Virus record (IMG/VR): IMGVR_UViG_2529292734_000008 | Location: 1 to 7,538 of that record | Strand: one strand, 5' to 3' | Length of the DNA: 7,538 nt | Origin: a virus | Taxonomy: Duplodnaviria > Heunggongvirae > Uroviricota > Caudoviricetes | Shown: positions 1 through 6,115 of the stretch, piece after piece | Numbering within the stretch: the stretch's first letter is position 1 | Layout of the letters: the number at the start of each line of letters is the position of its first letter | Made by a program: the position numbers and the translations under genes | Notes under the pieces: generated by a model | The model's database searches: none | What the model was told of the DNA's origin: nothing | What the model saw: only the letters and a program-made list of their open reading frames with translations

Positions 1-523
1 TTACCCGTTCTGTGCGGATCACTTTCAGGGCGCTGCTCACCAGTTCCAGTTGTTCTGCGCTGACTTCCCCCAGATAATCCAGCTCACCGCCACACTCCGG
101 GCAACAGCTTTCTTCAGGCTCCAGGCGGTATATCTCACGGGGGAGATGTGCCGGTAACGGACGACGATGGCGCGACTGTCGCAACTGGCGGGGAACCAGT
201 GGGTCATCCTCACGCCCACTGTAACGATCGCTTTCCTGCTCGCGTTGTTTCAGCAGGGCTTCAGCCTGTTCAACCTCACGACGCAGTTTTTCAGAACGGG
301 TTCCGAACAGCATCCGGCGCAGTTTTCTATCTGAGCCCGCAGATGCTCTATTTCTCGCTCATCTTCTTCGATCTTTTCTTCGGCACGTGCCAGTTGCAGA
401 GCGCAGGAAGGCCTCCGTCTCTTCAACCAGACTCAGTTGCTGGTCTTCCTGACGGAGGGCTTCAGCCTGCTCAGAGAGCAGCCTTTCCAGCTCAGCGATG
501 CGAATGAGGTATTTCTGACTCAT
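1..523 (-). CDS. tnpC: IS66-family transposase TnpC, N-terminal part (3' end outside window); reading frame appears interrupted
   Basis: ATG at 523-521 gives MSQKYLIRIAELERLLSEQAEALRQEDQQLSLVEETEAFLRSA. A coiled-coil segment LARAEEKIEEDEREIEHLRAQIE then lies in the +1 frame, and the long segment KLRRMLFGTRSEKLRREVEQAEALLKQ...CCPECGGELDYLGEVSAEQLELVSSALKVIRTERV returns to the ATG frame. Read straight from the ATG, the frame hits TGA (plus 359-361) after 54 codons. Confidence 0.75.
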
Positions 524-553
524 GGCCGTTTTTATAATCCGGCCCGGCGTTTT

Positions 554-904
554 TTACAACATTGTCAGTGCGTTAAGGCGGGATGTTTTTGGCTGACGCC
601 AGTCCAGCTTATCGAGGAGCATTGCCAGTTGCGAGCGGGTAATGGATATCTTACCGTCACGCACCGCAGGCCAGATAAACTGACCTTCCTCAAGGCGTTT
701 GGTGAACAGGCACAGACCATCAGCATCAGCCCACAGGATTTTAATCGTGTCTCCCCGTCGGCCACGGAAGATAAACAGGTGACCGGAGAAGGGGTTATCA
801 TCCAGCACATGCTGTATCTGCTCCCCCAGACCGTTGAAGGATTTACGCATATCAGTAACGCCGGCAACGAGCCAGATACGGGTACCTGATGGGAGTGAAA
901 TCAT
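554..904 (-). CDS. tnpB: IS66-family accessory protein TnpB (orf2)
   Basis: 116-aa ORF MISLPSGTRIWLVAGVTDMRKSFNGLGEQIQ...GHLFIFRGRRGDTIKILWADADGLCLFTKRLE, which matches the characteristic IS66 Orf2 sequence as I recall it. It sits between tnpA and tnpC. Confidence 0.85.
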   Translation of the reverse strand: MISLPSGTRIWLVAGVTDMRKSFNGLGEQIQHVLDDNPFSGHLFIFRGRRGDTIKILWADADGLCLFTKRLEEGQFIWPAVRDGKISITRSQLAMLLDKLDWRQPKTSRLNALTML

Positions 905-1338
905 CGTCCCTCCCGGTCAGCTCACGGATCAACACCGTGAGCAGCTCTGGTGAAGGATTTTCCAGCATCATTTTACCGTAATGGAATTCCACATGGCAGG
1001 AAGCTGCACAAGCAACTGATAATGCCTCCGGAGCAGGAGCATCTGTAGCACAGCGCGGGGGGTCGATAAGTTCCACTGGAACCAGAGTCGGAGAGGCCGG
1101 AAAAGATTGTGATACTGTAGGGCCTACAATAGTTGGAGGCATTCTACGAGAAAATACGTCCTTCTCTTTGCCAGAGGCGTAGCCATTTAAAAATCAGGTT
1201 GTTATCAACGCCATGTTCCCGGGCCAGTTGTGCAACATTGGCATTTGGTTTCGAAGCCAGTTCAACCATATGAAGTTTAAATTCATTAGAAAATATCCGG
1301 CGGGTTCCGGAGCGCCAGTCTGTAGGTTTATCCATCAA
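852..1338 (-). CDS. tnpA: IS66-family TnpA (orf1), present as two ORFs in different frames (1338-1144 and 1142-852); possibly frameshifted
   Basis: First ORF MMDKPTDWRSGTRRIFSNEFKLHMVELASKPNANVAQLAREHGVDNNLIFKWLRLWQREGRIFS (HTH-like) stops at TAG 1146-1144. Second ORF starts at ATG 1142 in another frame (MPPTIVGPTV...LLTVLIRELTGRDDDF...). The junction lies at the T4 run on the coding (minus) strand (A-run 1151-1154 on plus). Whether the native gene is continuous is from memory and unverified. Confidence 0.55.
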
Positions 1339-1449
1339 TAGAACTCCGTCTAATTTAGAAGGAGCTCTAATTTAGTCTGCAAGGAGCAGGTGTTACAGAC
1401 GGCATTGGCTTTACGCTTACGATTATTCATACTTCGTTTCTCCTCTTGA

Positions 1450-1839
1450 TCAGGCGGCTGCACCCGCCGTTTTCTCGTACTTACTGATAGTGATCTCGAC
1501 CTTCCCTTCCGGGATAACCGGTCCCCACTCCACCAGCATTCTTTTCACCTGACTGTCGTCTTCCCACACCCCCGCGTGGGTCAGGGCGTCAAACAGCGCC
1601 TTGTTATAGTTGTCCAGATCGCGGATCCTGTTATCCGGAGGAAACAACACGATCTCCACTGAAGCAGGTGCCGACGTTGGTTTCGGCAGACGACGTAACT
1701 GCTCAACTATTGCTGCGCACGCCGCGCTCTGGAATTTTCGCCCCGCCGCGCTTATCAGGCTCTTACCAGCAAACGCCCCTTTGTTGGGGTGTCGCCAGTA
1801 CGTGTTCACGCTGGGCGGAAAAGGCAGGATCAGCTTCAT
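1450..1839 (-). CDS. rusA: RusA-family Holliday junction resolvase (crossover junction endodeoxyribonuclease), lambdoid nin-region type
   Basis: 129-aa ORF with PPSVNTYWR...RIRDLDNYNKALFDALTHAGVWEDDSQV, resembling the RusA signature including the acidic RDLDN motif. Its ATG overlaps the stop of the upstream gene (ATGA). Confidence 0.85.
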   Translation of the reverse strand: MKLILPFPPSVNTYWRHPNKGAFAGKSLISAAGRKFQSAACAAIVEQLRRLPKPTSAPASVEIVLFPPDNRIRDLDNYNKALFDALTHAGVWEDDSQVKRMLVEWGPVIPEGKVEITISKYEKTAGAAA

Positions 1840-2162
1840 ACTTTCAGGCCCCTCTCATGTAACCAGTGGGTTGCACGCAGCCTTGCGTTTTCCTCACCGG
1901 CAAGCAGTGAGCGGATAATCCCGACCGCCTCGCTGTCGTCGTCCTTCACCGCGGTATGAAGCGTGATGCCCCGGGCCACGCCACGCTTTATCGTGATGAC
2001 GCCTTTTTTCTCCAGTGCGCGAAGATGCTCCACCGCTGCATTCACTGAACGGTATCCCAGCATGGTTGCCACCTCCTGATTGGTTGGCGGGAAGCCACGT
2101 TCTTTCTGATAAGAAATCAGCATATCCAGCACCTGCTGCTGGCATTGAGTTAACGTCGTCAT
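1836..2162 (-). CDS. LexA-like DNA-binding protein (LexA N-terminal winged-HTH domain only, no S24 peptidase domain)
   Basis: 108-aa ORF MTTLTQCQQQVLDMLISYQKERGFPPTNQEVATMLGYRSVNAAVEHLRALEKKGVITIKRGVARGITL aligns by eye with E. coli LexA residues 1-70 ([69 protein letters not shown]). The protein ends about 35 residues later with no Ser/Lys protease module. ATGA overlaps at both ends. Confidence 0.75.
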   Translation of the reverse strand: MTTLTQCQQQVLDMLISYQKERGFPPTNQEVATMLGYRSVNAAVEHLRALEKKGVITIKRGVARGITLHTAVKDDDSEAVGIIRSLLAGEENARLRATHWLHERGLKV

Positions 2163-2812
2163 GCCGCCATCTCCCTGACCAGTTTTTCTGCCTGCTGGCG
2201 AACCTGCGCCAGAAAGGCCTCACCACATGCCTCAAGTTCATCGCGCCCGATGTAGCTGATTGCCGGTCCCTTCCAGGTCTTGTCGAAAACAGCAATAGCA
2301 CCAGCGAAGAAAGCGCCTGTCGGCACCTGCTTCTCATCCTTCGGGATAAACCAGGCAGGCAGTTCAAAACCAATACGCCCGCGAATAAAAGCAATATGAT
2401 CTGCATCTTCCGGCCACCACACTTCGCTGGTGGCAGCTTTGATCAGGAAAACATAGCGCCCGCCTTTATCACGCATGGCACTGGCATGCTTCATGATGTA
2501 ACGCATGCCGGTGATGTATTGCCCCTCATGCTGGCTGGCGCGGCTGTATGGGGGATTACCAAAGGCAGCACCTTTAAGCTCCGCAAGGCGTTCTGACCAG
2601 TCATGCGCCAACGCGTTGTCTTCCGCCGTGTAATACGCAGCACATTTGGCGTTATCACCGTCAGTAAACAGATCCAGAACAAACGGGCCAAACAGAGTGT
2701 TAATTCCCCAGAAAATGTTGTCCGGCGTGCGCCACTGATCGCCCACTTCCTTCAGTTCATGGGCTGGTTTGTTCCGCAGTTCCGCCAGCGCCTGGCAATA
2801 TTTATTACTCAT
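2159..2812 (-). CDS. Phage N6-adenine DNA methyltransferase (Dam-like orphan MTase)
   Basis: ORF contains the motif-IV sequence FGNPPYS (NPPY) and an overall phage N-6-adenine MTase-like sequence. The likely start is ATG 2812-2810, overlapping the upstream stop as TAATG, with GGGGG just upstream. The ORF track extends to a GTG at 2845. Confidence 0.8.
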   Translation of the reverse strand: MSNKYCQALAELRNKPAHELKEVGDQWRTPDNIFWGINTLFGPFVLDLFTDGDNAKCAAYYTAEDNALAHDWSERLAELKGAAFGNPPYSRASQHEGQYITGMRYIMKHASAMRDKGGRYVFLIKAATSEVWWPEDADHIAFIRGRIGFELPAWFIPKDEKQVPTGAFFAGAIAVFDKTWKGPAISYIGRDELEACGEAFLAQVRQQAEKLVREMAA

Positions 2813-3306
2813 TAAGCCCCCACGTAATTCCCTGAGAGATACCACTCTTCACCTGATGCAGCCCGCTTACTGCTTTTCCGTAAACACAGTTCACGACGTG
2901 CCAGAAAATTGTTTCGTTCTGGCTGGGAGTGGCTTTCACGGAATGCCGCCATCCACACCGTTGCAGCACGACGGTATAAGCCCCTGGACTCCAGTTCTTC
3001 CGCCTGGCGGGTCAGGCACAAAATCACCCGCGGGTCGTTAGTGCCGACATAGAAATTGCGCACAGGTCTGGTTTCACGAACTGGTTGTGGTTCCGGATCC
3101 TGCGCTCTCTCAGTCAGGCGCGGGAAATGTCTGTGTGTATCTCCTTCACAACGGTGAGCCACACGCCCACTCTGACGTAACTTGCTTGCTGACTGCAGAA
3201 CGCGCTGCCGTGAGTAACCTGCAAAAGCATCCGCAATGTCTCCGGAAGTACAGCCCGGATGGGCTTCAATGAATTTCTGAACGTCATTCAAAAGACTCAT
3301 GCTCAC
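2812..3306 (-). CDS. Phage regulatory protein, winged-helix-like N-terminus with PerC-like C-terminal region (putative)
   Basis: 164-aa ORF translationally coupled at both ends (ATGA with the replication gene stop; TAATG with the MTase start). The C-terminal segment LESRGLYRRAATVWMAAF resembles the conserved core I recall for PerC/Pch-family activators; this assignment is from memory and is tentative. Confidence 0.55.
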   Translation of the reverse strand: MSMSLLNDVQKFIEAHPGCTSGDIADAFAGYSRQRVLQSASKLRQSGRVAHRCEGDTHRHFPRLTERAQDPEPQPVRETRPVRNFYVGTNDPRVILCLTRQAEELESRGLYRRAATVWMAAFRESHSQPERNNFLARRELCLRKSSKRAASGEEWYLSGNYVGA

Positions 3307-4244
3307 CCCCTGAATCCTGCCGGGATCTGGCTGTAGTCCACATTGTCGTAACTGGCTTTGAAGTACGGGTCTTCGCGTTTTTCTGTGTACGTGCTGACGG
3401 ACGGCGATAAGCGCAGGGAAAGCTCATCCCATTTTTCCCGCAGCTTCGACGGGCTGAGCACGTTACGGCACCAGAACGGATCGCGGCTGACGCGGCTGTA
3501 CATCTCGCAGATTTGTTTGTGAGTACGACCATCCTGCACACACATCAGGCGAATTTCGTTTGCCCAGGCTGTCCAGTTCGGTTCTTTGGGACGAACCACC
3601 TCGCCGTCACATTCGGCAGCCTGCTCGTACAGGGCGATGATTTTTTTCCAGAGCCACTGTGCGCAGGTCAAATCATCCTGCGTCCCCCACTGGCGCTTTT
3701 TAGGGCTGAATACAACCGCATCAGGATGGCGAGTTAAAAAATCCTGTTCAGCCGTCTGCGTGTCCGGTTGCGAAGCGTCCGGACGAGAAGGTTTTTTATC
3801 TGACGGATCATGTTTTGATTTTACTGACGGATCCCCGCCAGATTCTGACGGGTGAAAACCCGCTTTTTTGCCAGATTTCGACGCATCAAATTTTGACGGG
3901 TCAGATTTTGATGCGTCAGATTTTGACGGGTCAGAATCTGACAGTTGAGAAAATGCCGCTGCCTGAAGCTTCGCAACGTTAAGCTGATAAACATTCGACG
4001 CATTGCGGTTACCCTGGCGACGCGCCTTACGCGTTAACCAGCCTTCTGCTTCCAGCCGTGCGATAGCCGTTCTGACGGTACTCATCCCCGCGCCAATCTG
4101 ACGGGCAATGGTTTCAATTGATGGCCAGCACACACCTTCGTCATTACTGAAATCAGCCAGGCGGGCCATAATTGCCACGCTGGATAACTTCATGCCTGAT
4201 GCAGCGCAACCATCCCATACATAGCCGGTTAATTTAGTGCTCAT
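3303..4244 (-). CDS. Phage replication initiation protein (lambda O-like function): N-terminal HTH DNA-binding domain, low-complexity linker, C-terminal domain
   Basis: 313-aa ORF. The N-terminus ([70 protein letters not shown]) is typical of phage replication-initiator HTH domains. The central linker SDSDPSKSDASKSDPSKFDASKS is encoded by tandem DNA repeats. SD GAGGT lies 5 nt upstream of the ATG. Confidence 0.8.
   Translation of the reverse strand: MSTKLTGYVWDGCAASGMKLSSVAIMARLADFSNDEGVCWPSIETIARQIGAGMSTVRTAIARLEAEGWLTRKARRQGNRNASNVYQLNVAKLQAAAFSQLSDSDPSKSDASKSDPSKFDASKSGKKAGFHPSESGGDPSVKSKHDPSDKKPSRPDASQPDTQTAEQDFLTRHPDAVVFSPKKRQWGTQDDLTCAQWLWKKIIALYEQAAECDGEVVRPKEPNWTAWANEIRLMCVQDGRTHKQICEMYSRVSRDPFWCRNVLSPSKLREKWDELSLRLSPSVSTYTEKREDPYFKASYDNVDYSQIPAGFRG
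3798..3950. repeat. Putative replication origin: about 8 iterons with 10-bp core TGAYGSRTCA inside the replication-initiator gene
   Basis: Core copies at about 3801, 3825, 3846, 3880, 3895, 3910, 3925 and 3940, the last four at exact 15-bp spacing (GATTT-TGACGGGTCA). Flanking T-rich tracts at 3791-3797 and 3864-3869. The position matches the lambda arrangement where ori lies within the O gene linker. Confidence 0.6.
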
Positions 4245-4592
4245 GACCGACCTCTATTTCCCTGAATTTACGACGAAACTGTTCGAGCGGACTGAAGCAT
4301 TCATGCTCATAACCTTCGCGGAGGTAGATAACCCGTTGTGTTTCCGGCTCCCAACGAATGACTCTGACGGGCACTCCGTAGTGATCTTTGAACCAGCGGT
4401 TAACTTGTCGCAAAGGACTGTCTCCTTCTGCCGGTTGAAATCACCCACAGCCCACTCTGCAAAGCTGTGGGTTACAATTTCCCTGTCACCTGGTACATTC
4501 ACTGCATAGCAATATTCCACCTTCGCTTTTCCACCCGGAACAGGAAGCGCAATCAGTTGCGAGCGACGGTAGTGTGTTGTTAAACTGTTCAT
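4234..4592 (-). CDS. Hypothetical phage protein, apparently frameshifted (N-terminal part in one frame, protein-like C-terminal part in another)
   Basis: The track ORF 4592-4254 starts [51 protein letters not shown] and then degenerates into a Ser/Thr-rich tail. From 4440 down to TAA 4236-4234 a second frame encodes [68 protein letters not shown]. The start overlaps the upstream gene stop as ATGA. Confidence 0.5.
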
Positions 4593-4957
4593 GCGTTAGT
4601 TTCTCCACAGTCACGACACGCCACGGCGCCCGGAGCTGCACACTCGCGGGCGTCATTACTTTCTGAAATGCAAAAAATTTTGTAGACCAGTGCTGCATGC
4701 TCCTGCAGCTTCGAAATTGAGAGGTAGAGCTCGTCATTAATTGCTGTCTTCTCATGCGGTTCCACTACACCGTCTTCGATTGCTGAACGAATCTGTTTTG
4801 AATAACTGCCGATCTGTTCAATGACTTCCAGCAGACGCTGGTTAATATCGGCGTTGTCCACATCCTCGACGTCAGGAAGAGACACAAAGACGCCATTTGC
4901 AGACTGCGCCACAGCATCAGCAATGAAGTGAGTTCCACCAGCACGTTGCAAAATCAT
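4589..4957 (-). CDS. Hypothetical phage early protein (122 aa, predicted helical)
   Basis: ORF with ATG at 4957. Its stop overlaps the downstream gene start (ATGA at 4592-4589). It lies between the cII-like and replication genes in the same operon. No family recognised. Confidence 0.55.
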   Translation of the reverse strand: MILQRAGGTHFIADAVAQSANGVFVSLPDVEDVDNADINQRLLEVIEQIGSYSKQIRSAIEDGVVEPHEKTAINDELYLSISKLQEHAALVYKIFCISESNDARECAAPGAVACRDCGETNA

Positions 4958-4978
4958 TGCCCATCCCAGCGGGAAAAT

Positions 4979-5185
4979 CTAATCGCCATCGGCACGAAGG
5001 CGGTTAAATAATGCGTTCTCTGTTACATCCAGCCAGTCAGCAGCTTCAGCGTAACCCCCCGGCAACGCTGCGATAGTTTTTCTGACAGCTTTCACGTACC
5101 ACTCAGGCTGTTTGTCTACTTTCCAGTGATGCTTACCCACGGTTAGCCTCATCGTTCTGTGGTTTCTGTTAATCGATTTATCCAT
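4979..5185 (-). CDS. CII-like / YdaT-like HTH regulatory protein (putative), ending at an amber codon
   Basis: HTH-like segment GYAEAADWLDVTENALFNRLR at the C-terminus, in the position of lambda cII (immediately downstream of cro). The start is uncertain: ATG 5185 overlaps the cro stop, with alternatives at 5197 and 5152; none has a strong SD. The ORF ends at TAG 4981-4979. Confidence 0.45.
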   Translation of the reverse strand: MDKSINRNHRTMRLTVGKHHWKVDKQPEWYVKAVRKTIAALPGGYAEAADWLDVTENALFNRLRADGD

Positions 5186-5378
5186 TAGATTTTTCATAAA
5201 GCTCAGGTTTAAATGGCAACCGTCCGCAAGTTCTATATGCAGCTTCTGCTGCACGTCCTTTTGGAATTAACTGGCCCGGACGGTTTCGCCACTGATAAAC
5301 GGCTTCAGTTGTTATGCCGAAAAAAGCAGCAACTTTCTCAATACTGCCGAAGTAGCTTTCGATATCGTCAGTTGTCAT
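5178..5378 (-). CDS. Cro-like transcriptional regulator (small HTH protein)
   Basis: 66-aa ORF MTTDDIESYFGSIEKVAAFFGITTEAVYQWRNRPGQLIPKGRAAEAAYRTCGRLPF with an HTH motif (VAAFFGITTEAVYQWR). SD GGAGGG lies just upstream of ATG 5378. It is transcribed divergently from the repressor gene. Confidence 0.7.
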   Translation of the reverse strand: MTTDDIESYFGSIEKVAAFFGITTEAVYQWRNRPGQLIPKGRAAEAAYRTCGRLPFKPELYEKSNG

Positions 5379-5388
5379 ACGCCCTCCA

Positions 5389-5455
5389 AACTAAGTTTTA
5401 TTAGATGCTAATTACAAATCTATCTTTGGTCAATAAAAACTAAGATTACTTAGTA
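5389..5455. promoter_or_regulatory. Divergent immunity control region (OR-like): two 14-bp inverted-repeat operator candidates and a PR-like promoter for cro
   Basis: CTAAGTTTTATTAG (5391-5404) and CTAAGATTACTTAG (5440-5453; perfect 5-bp arms CTAAG/CTTAG). On the minus strand, -35 TTGACC (5433-5428), a 17-bp spacer and -10 TAGCAT (5410-5405) precede the cro ATG. The first operator overlaps the -10/+1 region. Confidence 0.55.
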
Positions 5456-5475
5456 ATTAAAGAAATGGTGCTCCT

Positions 5476-5985
5476 ATGGAAACGGTTGGTCAGCGTATAA
5501 AAGCTCTGAGAAGAGTTACCAGAACGTCCCAGAAAGAATTGGGTAAATTTTGTGGAGTAAGCGACGTTGCTGTGGGGTACTGGGAGAAAGACATCAATAC
5601 CCCTGGTGGGGAGGCACTTTCGAAATTAGCGAAGTTCTTCAATACGTCAATAGATTACATTCTTTATGGTGCTGAGTTTGAAGGCAAACTCGTCACAAAC
5701 ATGCGCAGAGTTCCTGTAATATCGTGGGTTCAGGCTGGGCAGTTTACTGAGTGCAGGGCAGCAGAAGTGTTTAGTGAAGTGGACAAGTGGGTAGATACAT
5801 CATTAAAGATTGGTGATAACTCATTTGCATTAGAGGTTAAAGGTGACTCCATGACTAACCCTAATGGCCTCCCAACAATACCAGAAGGCGCAACAGTGAT
5901 TGTAGATCCAGATGCAGAACCTCGTCATGGAAAAATAGTCATCGCTCGACTTGATGGAACAAACGAAGCTACAGTAAAAAATTAG
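5476..5985 (+). CDS. CI-type prophage repressor (XRE HTH + LexA-like S24 peptidase domain), truncated by a frameshift; remaining C-terminal codons continue in another frame to 6101
   Basis: N-terminal HTH (QKELGKFCGVSDVAVGYWEKD) and S24 catalytic Ser motif GDSM. The ORF ends ...ARLDGTNEATVKN*. The adjacent frame encodes KKLVIDGPQKFLVPLNPRYPNIPINGNCLIIGVVKGVQYEL* (to TAA 6099-6101), which matches the lambda CI C-terminus pattern [35 protein letters not shown]. The break is in the A6 run 5976-5981. Confidence 0.85.
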   Translation: METVGQRIKALRRVTRTSQKELGKFCGVSDVAVGYWEKDINTPGGEALSKLAKFFNTSIDYILYGAEFEGKLVTNMRRVPVISWVQAGQFTECRAAEVFSEVDKWVDTSLKIGDNSFALEVKGDSMTNPNGLPTIPEGATVIVDPDAEPRHGKIVIARLDGTNEATVKN

Positions 5986-6115
5986 TCATCGATGGCCCTC
6001 AAAAGTTTTTAGTGCCATTAAATCCTCGGTATCCCAACATCCCTATCAATGGTAATTGCCTTATCATTGGTGTAGTCAAAGGAGTTCAATACGAACTCTA
6101 AGACCTCTCTTCTCT

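Larger units (their letters stand above)
1..1420 (-). mobile_element. IS66-family insertion sequence, partial (far end lies beyond window start); tnpA-tnpB-tnpC order on minus strand
   Basis: Three consecutive minus-strand ORFs in canonical IS66 order. Minus-strand terminus reads GTAAGCGTAAAGCC (revcomp of plus 1407-1420), consistent with the GTAAGCG-type ends I recall for IS66 elements. The boundary at about 1420 is approximate; the tnpC end runs off the window. Confidence 0.8.

Noticed and set aside
37-219. Minus-strand 60-aa ORF inside tnpC
   Set aside because: It is an alternative frame of the transposase gene. The transposase frame is clearly the one encoding CCPECGGELDYLGEV.
148-889. 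Plus-strand ORFs 148-507 and 437-889
   Set aside because: They lie antisense to recognisable IS66 tnpC and tnpB coding sequence. The translations are low-complexity with no start-context support.
1610-2596. ORFs 1610-1918, 1668-1862, 1894-2406 and 2015-2596
   Set aside because: They overlap, mostly antisense, the well-supported rusA, lexA-like and MTase genes. Their translations are Arg/Ser/Pro-rich and not protein-like.
2491-3272. ORFs 2491-2691, 2603-2815, 2769-3041 and 3087-3272
   Set aside because: They are alternative-frame or antisense overlaps of the methyltransferase and the 164-aa gene, with no RBS or coupling support.
3284-3855. ORFs 3284-3541, 3513-3737 and 3586-3855
   Set aside because: They are out-of-frame or antisense to the replication initiator gene.
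3821-4003. Minus-strand 60-aa ORF with the periodic peptide LTRQNLTHQNLTRQNL
   Set aside because: It is a translation artefact: the alternative frame of the iteron repeats inside the replication gene.
4237-4755. ORFs 4237-4509 (plus) and 4486-4755 (minus)
   Set aside because: They overlap better-supported minus-strand genes that have start/stop coupling. No independent signals.
4979-5254. Full 91-aa extent of the cII-like ORF from the GTG at 5254
   Set aside because: The upstream 77 nt overlap the cro-like gene in another frame. An internal ATG (5185, 5197 or 5152) is the more plausible start.
5213-5404. Plus-strand 63-aa ORF
   Set aside because: It is antisense to the cro-like gene and runs into the operator region. 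No RBS.
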